Assembly (NCBI GenBank): GCA_028276365.1
Contig: JAPYWL010000005.1
Location: 1-56,927, forward strand
Length of the DNA: 56,927 bases
Source: Deltaproteobacteria bacterium
GTDB lineage: Bacteria; DRYD01
Direction of reading: 5' to 3'
Shown here: piece by piece, positions 48,457 to 56,927 of the stretch
Layout of the letters: the number at the start of each line of letters is the position of its first letter
Position numbering within the stretch: the first letter of the stretch is position 1
The notes under the pieces: model-generated
What the model saw: the letters and a program-made list of their open reading frames with translations, nothing else
Databases searched by the model: none
What the model was told of the DNA's origin: nothing
Position numbers and translations under genes: made by a program

Positions 48457-48541
48457 GCGGGTGTGGCGGAACTGGCAGACGCGCTATCTTGAGGGGGTAG
48501 TGCCCTTTAAGGGCGTGTGGGTTCAAGTCCCACCACCCGCA
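48457..48541 (+). tRNA. tRNA-Leu (anticodon GAG), class II with a long variable arm; no encoded CCA
   Basis: Folded by hand. Acceptor GCGGGTG/CACCCGC, anticodon stem CTATC/GGTAG with loop TTGAGGG, variable stem-loop GCCC-TTTAA-GGGC, and T-arm GTGGG-TTCAAGT-CCCAC. Confidence 0.95.
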
Positions 48542-48551
48542 TAAACATTTT

Positions 48552-49835
48552 ATGACTCTAATAAATAAAAACCAACAGTTTTATGAAAAAGCTTCTAAAT
48601 TATTAGTGGGAGGAGTTAATGCTCCTATAAGAGCTTTCTCTTTAATAGGAATAACACCTATTTACATCAGTTCATCAGTCGGGCCTTATTTAACCAATAT
48701 AGATAATAAAACCTATATAAGTTTTTTATCAGGTTGGGGATCTATAATCTTAGGAGACGCTTATCCAGAAATCGTTAATAATCTAAAAAAACAAATTGAA
48801 AAAGGAATATATTATGGCTTATCAAATGAATACGAATACCTACTATCAGAATTAATACTAGAAGCTTTTAACTTTCACGATATGATAAGATATACTAACA
48901 GTGGTACAGAAGCAAATATGCTAGCAATAAGGTTAGCTAAAGCTATAACAGGTAGAAACAAGATAATTAAATTCGATGGAGGATATCATGGAAGTATTGA
49001 TTATTTATTAATAGAAAATGGAAGTAAAGAATTTGGAGAACAAATCCCATCATCTGCTGGAGTTTCAAAAAGATTAATAAAAGATACGGTTAGCCTACCT
49101 TATAATGACATAGAAGTATTAACTGAATTCTTAAATAAATATGGGCAAGAAATAGCAGCAATAATTATAGAACCCATCCAAACTTCTAATATGTTAATAA
49201 AAGCTACAGAAGAATTTTTATTAAAACTAAGAGAATTAACCCAAAAATACTCTATTATTCTGATATTTGATGAAGTATCAACTGCATTTAGAATAAGATA
49301 TGGTAGTTGTACTAATATAAAGCCAGATATAACAGTAATAGGAAAAGTTATAGGTGGTGGTTTCCCTATTGCTGCTATCCTATCTAAAAAAGAATTTATG
49401 GAAGTTATGGCACCAATTGGTAGTATGTATCATAGCGGAATATTTACAGGGCACCCTATATCCACTTTTACTGGATATCACGTATTAAATATTATCAAAT
49501 CAATTGATAATTTCTATCAAAAATTAGAAAAACAAACCCTATATTTTGTTAATATTATTAATCAATTAAAAGAAAAATTACCAACATTAAACATAAATTA
49601 TGCTAATTCAATGTTTAGTTTATATTTTGCTAATAAAAAAGTAGAATCTATAGAAGATATAAACGAATTAGATATAATGACATTTATTGATTTTTATAAA
49701 TTAGCATTAGAAGAAGGTATATTATTTGCTCCACATCCTACTGAAACTAATTACCTAAATTTTTCTCATGACAATAAAATATTAGATTTAATATCAGAAA
49801 AATTAAATAAGCTTGCTAATAATTTAACTTTTTAG
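48552..49835 (+). CDS. hemL: Glutamate-1-semialdehyde 2,1-aminomutase
   Basis: GGVNAPIRAF, SGWGSIILG, NSGTEANM, and GKVIGGGFPIAA (PLP lysine). Confidence 0.85.
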   Translation: MTLINKNQQFYEKASKLLVGGVNAPIRAFSLIGITPIYISSSVGPYLTNIDNKTYISFLSGWGSIILGDAYPEIVNNLKKQIEKGIYYGLSNEYEYLLSELILEAFNFHDMIRYTNSGTEANMLAIRLAKAITGRNKIIKFDGGYHGSIDYLLIENGSKEFGEQIPSSAGVSKRLIKDTVSLPYNDIEVLTEFLNKYGQEIAAIIIEPIQTSNMLIKATEEFLLKLRELTQKYSIILIFDEVSTAFRIRYGSCTNIKPDITVIGKVIGGGFPIAAILSKKEFMEVMAPIGSMYHSGIFTGHPISTFTGYHVLNIIKSIDNFYQKLEKQTLYFVNIINQLKEKLPTLNINYANSMFSLYFANKKVESIEDINELDIMTFIDFYKLALEEGILFAPHPTETNYLNFSHDNKILDLISEKLNKLANNLTF

Positions 49836-49877
49836 TTTGTCAAAAAAATGAATACTATTTAAATATTTTATTTTTTA

Positions 49878-51080
49878 ATGGTTGATGATATTTTTCAAGA
49901 TAATTTTAGCTATATTTCAAGTAATTATGAATTAATTGATAAGGTTTTAAAAGAAAATAAAGCATTAGGTTTTTTAGTTATAGAGATATCAAATTCAAAT
50001 AAAATCAAAGAATTATATACCAAAGAGTTTTATAACAAAATTTTTCATTTTATTACTAATCTTTTTTTTAATTTAAAAGGGAAGGTATATAGGAATCAAG
50101 ATTTAGTTTTTATAAATGACTTTAAAGATAATCAGTTAGTACTATTATTAGTTTCCAAGCCAAGAAATAAAGAAGAATTAGATATGTATAATCTTAAATT
50201 AGCTGCTATTAGGATAATATCCGAAATAAAATCTCAATTATTTAGCATAAAAGAATTTGAAGATATTAAAGAGATTATAAAAGAAATTGCAGATTCCCTA
50301 AATTATGGATATTGTATCATAAAATATGATGAATTAAAAGATATAAGAGATATAATTTTTGATGCTTTTAGAGAATCATATATAAGGCAAAAATTTGATG
50401 AATTAAGTGATAAAATAATATCTATGGTTTCTCATGAATTAAAAACTCCATTAACCTCTATTAAAGGATTTGCAGAAACTATCATCCAAGAAGATCTAAG
50501 TAAATCAGAAATAATTAAATTTGCTAGTATAATATGTAACGAAGCAGATAGACTAAATAGATTAGTTAATTCCCTTTTAAATTTATCCCGCTTAGAATCT
50601 GCTAAAGTTAATTTTAACATAAAAAAATTAGATATCAAAGAAATAGTAGAAAATGTCATAGAATTAATGTATCCCAAAATTAAAAATAGTAATATAAAAT
50701 TAAATAGGGAATATGAAGATGAAGTAATTTATGAAGCTTTAGCAGATGAAGATAAAATCGAACAAATTATTATTAACTTAATAGATAATGCAATTAAATA
50801 CACACCTACTGGAGGGATAATAACAATAGGTATAAAAAATAAGGAATCTGAAGTTTTAGTTTATGTAAAAGATACAGGAATTGGGATTCCGGAAAATGAA
50901 AAACATAAAATTTTTGAGAAATTTTATAGAACAACTATATCAAGCTCTATTTCTCAAGGAATAGGGTTAGGATTAGTTATAACTAAGTACTTAGTAGAAG
51001 GTCAAGGTGGAAAAATCTGGTTCGAAAGTCAAGAAAATGTAGGTACTACTTTCTATTTTACCTTACCTAAAAATATATAA
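49878..51080 (+). CDS. Cytoplasmic sensor histidine kinase (HisKA plus HATPase_c) with a degenerate GGDEF-like N-terminal domain
   Basis: H-box SHELKTPLTSIKGF, N-box LIDNAIKYT, and G-boxes DTGIGI / GIGLGL. No TM segment and no adjacent response regulator. Confidence 0.85.
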   Translation: MVDDIFQDNFSYISSNYELIDKVLKENKALGFLVIEISNSNKIKELYTKEFYNKIFHFITNLFFNLKGKVYRNQDLVFINDFKDNQLVLLLVSKPRNKEELDMYNLKLAAIRIISEIKSQLFSIKEFEDIKEIIKEIADSLNYGYCIIKYDELKDIRDIIFDAFRESYIRQKFDELSDKIISMVSHELKTPLTSIKGFAETIIQEDLSKSEIIKFASIICNEADRLNRLVNSLLNLSRLESAKVNFNIKKLDIKEIVENVIELMYPKIKNSNIKLNREYEDEVIYEALADEDKIEQIIINLIDNAIKYTPTGGIITIGIKNKESEVLVYVKDTGIGIPENEKHKIFEKFYRTTISSSISQGIGLGLVITKYLVEGQGGKIWFESQENVGTTFYFTLPKNI

Positions 51081-51108
51081 ATAAAAAACTATCTAAAGGG
51101 GGTAAAAA

Positions 51109-53034
51109 ATGAAAATAACAAAAATTAATATAGAAACCTTAAAAGAGATCTCTAAAGTAGTAAGAAGAGATATTTTAATTAGTACATATTTAGCAGGTAG
51201 CGGTCATCCTACCACTTGCTTATCAGCTGTAGAATTACTTGTTAGTCTATTTTTTAATTACCTAGTTTTTGATAATGATAATTATGGAAGTATATATCAA
51301 GATGAGTTTATATTATCAAAGGGTCATGCTGCTCCTTTATTATACTCTATTTATAAACATACAAAAATAATAGATGAGGATTTAAGTACTTTAAGAAAAT
51401 ATAATTCATTACTTGAGGGTCATCCATCTACTAAATTAAAAGGTGTTAAATATGCTACAGGGTCTTTAGGGCAAGGTTTATCTATAGCTTTAGGAGCAAG
51501 TTGGGCTAGAAAATATAAAAAACTACCTTCTAAAGTGTATGTATTAGTTGGAGACGGAGAATTAGCCGAAGGCAGTATATATGAATCAGCTAATTTAGCT
51601 TCTTATTATAATTTATCTAATTTATGTATAATAGCAGATATTAATAGAATAGGACAAAGTGGGCCTACTATGTTTGAACATAACCTTAGTGAATATCAAA
51701 AAAGATTTGAGGCTTTTGGATTTAATGTTATTACATTAGAAGATGGGCATAACTTTGAACTAATTAATCAAGCATTTGAATTATTTATAAATCAATATTC
51801 TAATACTAATAAACCTACAATAATATTAGCTAAAACATTAAAAGGGAAGGGAGTTTCTTTTTTAGAAGATAAATTAGATTGGCACGGAAAACCTATAACC
51901 AAAAAAGAAGATTTAGAATTAGCCTTAACTGAAATCGGAGAATCTAAAATTAATCCTTCTGATTTTATTACTTATAAAAGTTACTCAATTTCAAATAATA
52001 TTCCTTCAATACAAATAAAAATAGATGAAATAGAAAATAAACTAAATAATTTTGTTAAAGATTTTTATCTAAAAAATAAGGATAAGAAAATAGCAACAAG
52101 AGAAGCTTTTGGAATTGGTTTAGCTTTCTTAGGCTCATTAATAGATAATTTAGTAGTAATAGATGGAGATGTTAAAAATTCTACTTATACTCTATATTTT
52201 GAGAAAGAATATAAAGATAGATTTATAGAGAGTTACATAGCAGAACAAAGTATGATAGGATTTATGTTAGGGTTATCTAAGAACGGTTTTATTCCAGTAG
52301 CTTCTACCTTTGGAGCTTTTTTAACAAGAGCTTATGATTTTATTAGGATGATGAATTATTCTAGACCAGATTTAGCTATAATATGTGGTACTCATTCAGG
52401 AGTTTCAATAGGAGAAGACGGACCATCTCAAATGGCTTTAGAAGATATAGCTGCTTTCAAAGCCCTATTTAATACTACTGTTTTATACCCTTCAGATGCT
52501 ATATCAACCATAAAATTATTGTTCAATGTTTTTATAGAATATCTAAAAGGTAATCTAAAAGGTATTGTTTATTTTAGAACATCTAGGCCAAGTAGTAATA
52601 TAATTTATGACTATAATTCAGATTTTGAAATAGGGGAAAATAAAATAATAAAAGAAAATAATATTGATAATAGTTTAAATAATACAAAAATAGGGATAAT
52701 TTCAGCGGGAGTTATATTACATGAAGCTCTTAAAGCTTGTAATAAATTAGATAATATCCCCTTTAAATTAATTGATTTTTACTCTATAAAACCTATTAAG
52801 AATATAGATAAAATCTTAAAAGATGTTAAACAGATATTAGTTTTTGAGGAGCATAGTAAAGACGGAGGTATAGGGGAAACAGTTGCTCCTTATCTAGTTA
52901 ATAAAGTTAATCATTTTGAGATAGTAGCAATAGATGATATTCCTGTTAGTGGGAGTCCTGATGATCTACTTAAGCATTTTAAATTAGATTCCGAATCTAT
53001 TTACCTTAAAATAAAATCCTTAATATACCAATGA
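51109..53034 (+). CDS. tkt: Transketolase (single-polypeptide short form)
   Basis: GSGHPTTCLS, SKGHAAP, GSLGQGLS and GDGELAEGS in the N-terminal half. GEDGPSQMALEDIA in the pyrimidine-binding half. Confidence 0.9.
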   Translation: MKITKINIETLKEISKVVRRDILISTYLAGSGHPTTCLSAVELLVSLFFNYLVFDNDNYGSIYQDEFILSKGHAAPLLYSIYKHTKIIDEDLSTLRKYNSLLEGHPSTKLKGVKYATGSLGQGLSIALGASWARKYKKLPSKVYVLVGDGELAEGSIYESANLASYYNLSNLCIIADINRIGQSGPTMFEHNLSEYQKRFEAFGFNVITLEDGHNFELINQAFELFINQYSNTNKPTIILAKTLKGKGVSFLEDKLDWHGKPITKKEDLELALTEIGESKINPSDFITYKSYSISNNIPSIQIKIDEIENKLNNFVKDFYLKNKDKKIATREAFGIGLAFLGSLIDNLVVIDGDVKNSTYTLYFEKEYKDRFIESYIAEQSMIGFMLGLSKNGFIPVASTFGAFLTRAYDFIRMMNYSRPDLAIICGTHSGVSIGEDGPSQMALEDIAAFKALFNTTVLYPSDAISTIKLLFNVFIEYLKGNLKGIVYFRTSRPSSNIIYDYNSDFEIGENKIIKENNIDNSLNNTKIGIISAGVILHEALKACNKLDNIPFKLIDFYSIKPIKNIDKILKDVKQILVFEEHSKDGGIGETVAPYLVNKVNHFEIVAIDDIPVSGSPDDLLKHFKLDSESIYLKIKSLIYQ

Positions 53035-53043
53035 TAAGATAAA

Positions 53044-53775
53044 ATGATAAATAAAATGATAAACCAGAATACACATCAAAATATATCAGAAAAAACTAAT
53101 AAAAATCAAATAATAGTTTTAAAAAATGTTAGCAAATATTATAAAACAGAAGGAGAAAAATTATTAGCTTTAAGTAATGTTAATTTAACAATAGAAGAGG
53201 GAGATTTCATAGGAATAATGGGGCCAAGTGGAGCAGGTAAAAGCACTTTATTATTAATAATAGCTACTATAGAATCTCCTTCATTTGGAGAAGTATATAT
53301 AGATTCTATTCCAATTAGTCAAATGTTAGATAGTGATTTACAATTAATAAGATTAAATAAAATAGGGATGGTATTTCAGGATTATTATTTGATTTTATCA
53401 CTTAGTGCGTTAGAAAATGTTTTATTACCTCTTGAAATAAGTAGAAAATTTAATAATCCGATTGCCAAAGCTAAAGAATTACTAAAAATGGTAGGGATAA
53501 AAGAAAACAGATTTAATGATAATGTTAATAAGTTTTCAGGTGGAGAAAAACAGCGAATAGCAATAGCACGAGCTTTAGCAAACGATCCCGACATAATCAT
53601 AGCTGATGAACCCACTGCTAACTTAGATACTAAAAATTCTAAAATTATTATGGATATATTTACTAACATAAATAAACAACTAAAAAAAACCATCATAATA
53701 GCTACTCACGATCCTAAAGTATTAGCATTTACTGAAAAGGTATATTTTATTAATGATGGAAAAATATCTACTTAA
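53044..53775 (+). CDS. ABC transporter ATP-binding protein (LolD/MacB/FtsE-like), no permease gene adjacent
   Basis: Walker A GPSGAGKST, signature FSGGEKQRIAIARA, and Walker B IIIADEPT. Confidence 0.9.
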   Translation: MINKMINQNTHQNISEKTNKNQIIVLKNVSKYYKTEGEKLLALSNVNLTIEEGDFIGIMGPSGAGKSTLLLIIATIESPSFGEVYIDSIPISQMLDSDLQLIRLNKIGMVFQDYYLILSLSALENVLLPLEISRKFNNPIAKAKELLKMVGIKENRFNDNVNKFSGGEKQRIAIARALANDPDIIIADEPTANLDTKNSKIIMDIFTNINKQLKKTIIIATHDPKVLAFTEKVYFINDGKIST

Positions 53776-53796
53776 ATAAAAACATTTTTATTAAAT

Positions 53797-55340
53797 ATGA
53801 ATGTTTTAAAAAAATATTCAAAAAAAGATTTTAAAATAAATAACGAAGTAATTAAAATAATCTATGATACCATACATAGTTATTCAATGGTTTCAGAAAA
53901 TGATAGAGTTTTATTAATGTGCTCAGGAGGTCCAGATAGTACTTTTTTATTGTTTTTTTTTACTTATTCTTAAAAGATAAGTATAACTTAGTTTTAGGGA
54001 TATTTCATTTAGACCATTCAATAAGAAAAGATTCCTATAAAGAATTTGAATTATTAAATACTTTTGCAAAGCAATTCAATTTATGTATTTATAATTTTAA
54101 AGAAGATGTAAAAGAATATGCTAAGAAAAATAAATTAAATTTAGAAGAAGCAGGAAGGACCCTAAGATATCTCAAAGCTTTAGAAATTTCTAAAAAATTC
54201 AATTACAATAAAATAGCTACAGCTCATAATCTAAATGACTTAATCTCTTCTTTTTTTATTAACTTTATTAAATCAAATCATTATATAAATTTATTTAATT
54301 TAAATCCTACATTTAATTTTGAGAATATTGTATTAATAAGGCCCTTATTATTCATCCCTAAACAAGAAATAGTAAAAACCTTAGAAAACAATAACATAAG
54401 TTATATAATAGATAAAACTAATTTAAGTTCAAAATATTTAAGAAACTATATAAACCTTAATTTTACTAATAATTTTATTAACACTTTATTAAGTAAAACA
54501 ACGGTCTTAAAAAATTATCTTTTTTTAAAAAACACAATTGATTTTATTCAAAACTATAAAAATTCTATCTCAAACCTTTCAAATATAAAACATTTATTAA
54601 ATATATTCTTTATAGAATTTAAAGGTATTACAGATGATTTTTTAATTTTAGAATCACTTTTTTTTAATCTAAAAAAAATCTTGTTAAATTTTTATAGCAA
54701 TTTAAAAACACTTAACATAAAATATAATAACCTTCGTCTTTTAGTTAATGACAAAAACTGCTATAAAATTAATATAATCAAAGATTGGTTTTTAATTAAA
54801 GAAGAAGAAACCAAAAAAGCTAATAAAATTTTTATCCTTTATAAATCTAATTTTAGCTTTTATTTTAAAATAGATTTATCAGAATTTAATGAAAATTATA
54901 TAGAAATTTCCAATTTAGTGATAAAGATAAATGTAGTTAAAAAGATTTTTGATTTAGAAAAATTTTTAAAAGAAAATATAGAATCTTTAAAAGAGAAATT
55001 AAGGGATAAAAATTATTGTTTTGGATTTTGTTTTGATAATATAGTTATAAGAAGTTGGAAAAACGGAGATTACTTTATCCCTTATGGATTAAAAGGTAAA
55101 AAACAAAAACTAAAAAAATTCTTCATAAATAATAAGTTTAAGGAGTATGAAAAAAATAGGACATTTATTTTTGAAGATGAAGCAGGAATATTTTTAGTTT
55201 TTAATTACCTTAATAATATAAAAAGAGGTAGAGAATTACTAAATAATGCTAAATTCTTAAAAATCTTTAAAGAAAAAAAAGAAGTTAATTTAATAGAGAT
55301 ATATATAACCAAAAATTTAACACAATATCATGAAAAATAG
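53797..55340 (+). pseudogene. tilS: tRNA(Ile)-lysidine synthase interrupted by a single frameshift in a T9 run (53953-53961)
   Basis: The frame from the ATG at 53797 carries the PP-loop LLMCSGGPDS and stops at 53971. A second frame is open from 53940 to 55340 with no in-frame start before 54681. It continues with ...GIFHLDHSIRK...ATAHNLND... One extra T would fuse the two frames. Confidence 0.8.
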
Positions 55341-56103
55341 GATAAAAACTAATAAAGCTAATAAAGCTAATAAAATTAATAAAATACAAATAGAAGTAGG
55401 GTTAGACGAAGTAGGAAGAGGGTCATTATTTGGGCCCCTCTTAGTAGCCTCATTTTTAATAATTAAAATAAATGATTTTAATCCCTATAATACTCTAAAA
55501 CTAAAAGATAGTAAAAAATTAACAGAAAATCAAAGAATAACTATATTTAATGAAATAATAAATATCTTGAGAAAATATAGAAACATTTCTAAATTAAACT
55601 TTTATTTTATTTCAAATGAACTTATAGATAAAATCAATATATTAAACGCAAATCTTTTAGGATTTGAAAAATTAATTATTATTAATTTAGAAAATATCTT
55701 AAAAAATAAAGAAATTATTGATAATTTAGATAAAATAGAGTATATAAATTTTTATCTTGATGGGGATAAAAAGCCTTACAATATAGAATCAAAAATCCAA
55801 GAATTTTTAAAAACTAATTTTAATTACCATGAATTATTAAAGAAAATAAATATTCTAAATTATGTAAAAGGAGATAGTAACATAAGGGTAATACAATTAG
55901 CGGCAATTTCAGCAAAAGTAACCAGAGATAAATATATCCAATTTTTAGCTCAAAAATTCCCGCAATATAACTTATATTACAACCTGTATAATAATAAAGG
56001 ATATTATGAAGAAATACATATAAAAGGAATAAGAGATTACGGGATAACTAAATATCACAGGAAATCTTTTTTAAAGAAATACTTCCAAAAAACCCTATTT
56101 TAA
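55330..56103 (+). CDS. rnhB: Ribonuclease HII
   Basis: VGLDEVGRGSLFGPLLVASF (DEVGRG active-site motif) and GDSNIRVIQLAAISAKVTRD. Overlaps the tilS end by 11 nt. The N-terminus contains a 9-nt repeat (KANKANKINK). Confidence 0.8.
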   Translation: MKNRIKTNKANKANKINKIQIEVGLDEVGRGSLFGPLLVASFLIIKINDFNPYNTLKLKDSKKLTENQRITIFNEIINILRKYRNISKLNFYFISNELIDKINILNANLLGFEKLIIINLENILKNKEIIDNLDKIEYINFYLDGDKKPYNIESKIQEFLKTNFNYHELLKKINILNYVKGDSNIRVIQLAAISAKVTRDKYIQFLAQKFPQYNLYYNLYNNKGYYEEIHIKGIRDYGITKYHRKSFLKKYFQKTLF

Positions 56104-56135
56104 ATTTGTAAAATATATGATAAAAGTATAAAAAC

Positions 56136-56636
56136 CTAATTTTTAAATAAATTTCTTTGATAAATAAATTTTAAAATATTTTCATAGATATCAAGCAAAA
56201 TATTAACATTTTCAATTAGTTTATTTAATTCTTCTACTAATAGTAATTGATTTAGTTCATATTCATGGACTATAACATTTCTAAGCTTCCTTAATTCTAA
56301 ATATTTTTCAGTAGAAGGTATTATGTTTAACTTTTCCATTTTATTTAAAATATCGATAAAAGCCAAATTATCAGTATCTTCTCCTAATATTTGTAATAGG
56401 GTATAAAATATTTTAGCTAATCTGTCTTGTAATTTAGAAAATCTAAAAATAAGAGAGTCAATTATAGCTTTTTCATTTAAATCAATATACTTAATTTTAT
56501 CTTCTGTTATAGGAATTTCTATCTTATTAAGTAAATACTTTAGCATTTCCTTATGTTTATCACATTCTGTTAAAATCTTTTTTAGGATTTTAATTTTCTT
56601 ATCAAACATTCCAAACATTTCAAACATTCTAATCAA
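56136..56636 (-). CDS. hepT: HepT-like (DUF86) toxin of a HepT/MntA type VII toxin-antitoxin pair
   Basis: RNVIVHEY fits the Rx4HxY catalytic motif of HEPN/DUF86 toxins. Lies immediately downstream of a minimal nucleotidyltransferase gene. Confidence 0.75.
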   Translation of the reverse strand: MIRMFEMFGMFDKKIKILKKILTECDKHKEMLKYLLNKIEIPITEDKIKYIDLNEKAIIDSLIFRFSKLQDRLAKIFYTLLQILGEDTDNLAFIDILNKMEKLNIIPSTEKYLELRKLRNVIVHEYELNQLLLVEELNKLIENVNILLDIYENILKFIYQRNLFKN

Positions 56637-56668
56637 TAGTTTTAATTAATGGTTTTATTTATTTTATT

Positions 56669-56927
56669 TTATTTTATTCTAATTCCCTCTTGTTTAGCTA
56701 TTTTGTGAATTAAATCTTCTTCCATTAAGTTAGGATTAAATACTACTAAATCTATTTTTTGTTCTCCTATATTTTTTTCTAACTCAACTAAAAATAGGAG
56801 TTTATTATTAACTATATTTTTTAAATCAAGAGAAGTTTCAATATATAAATCAATATCTCCGCCTTTTTTAGAATCGTCTATTCTAGAGCCAAAAACAAAA
56901 ACCTTACTATCAACTCCAAAATATTTA
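56669..56927 (-). CDS. mntA: MntA-like minimal nucleotidyltransferase antitoxin (C-terminal part; N-terminus outside the window)
   Basis: Own translation: ...VFVFGSRIDDSKKGGDIDLYIE...KIDLVVFNP...AKQEGIRIK*. This shows the GSxx...DxD NTase signature. The stop is at 56671-56669. Confidence 0.75.
   Translation of the reverse strand, partial: KYFGVDSKVFVFGSRIDDSKKGGDIDLYIETSLDLKNIVNNKLLFLVELEKNIGEQKIDLVVFNPNLMEEDLIHKIAKQEGIRIK

Noticed and set aside
56656-56676. (ATTTT)4 microsatellite between mntA and hepT as a phase-variation switch.
   Set aside because: It lies in the intergenic spacer, outside both reading frames (it touches only the mntA stop codon), and is short. There is no evidence that it affects expression. 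It is noted only as a minor repeat.
1-56927. Possibility of an alternative genetic code (UGA reassignment), given the extreme AT content.
   Set aside because: Conserved proteins are full-length under the standard code. Trp positions are encoded by TGG. TGA terminates tkt at the expected C-terminus (53032-53034).

Overview
This is a very AT-rich bacterial chromosomal segment (roughly a quarter G+C by eye, not computed). It uses the standard code: TGG encodes Trp and TGA is used as a stop, for example at the end of tkt. It is densely packed with housekeeping genes. On the minus strand these are rtcB (partial), a WlbA/WlbB-type sugar-nucleotide fusion enzyme, gap, ubiE-like, D-aminoacylase, fadD-like, birA-like, three prepilin-type minor pilins, acpS, fliF, aspS, a HIT protein, a DUF4912 protein, a 1029-aa acidic tandem-repeat protein and glgA. 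On the plus strand these are murD, DUF503, an isolated rplR-rpsE-rplO block followed by murB, an M16-like protein, a beta-propeller protein, a PTS EIIC, a class-III aminotransferase, spoVS, tRNA-Leu(GAG), hemL, an orphan histidine kinase, tkt, an ABC ATPase, tilS and rnhB. The window ends in a mntA/hepT toxin-antitoxin pair on the minus strand. The most unusual signal is non-coding. Two near-identical ~85-nt modules lie at 11761-11848 (+) and 19902-19819 (-). Each consists of a T-rich leader-like block plus a single 29-nt CRISPR-type repeat ending in ...GAATTGAAAG. Each points antisense into the 3' end of a neighbouring gene, with no array and no cas genes in the window. A second, possibly related dispersed element of about 90 nt occurs at 6591-6682 (+) and 34086-33972 (-). 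Two unusually long non-coding gaps, with G+C-enriched islands, sit upstream of the pilin operon (610 nt) and upstream of fliF (280 nt). Gene decay or assembly errors are visible as homopolymer frameshifts in tilS and pgeF and as a C-terminal CusA/CzcA relic. All similarity statements are by-eye alignments and motif recognition. No searches or computations were run.
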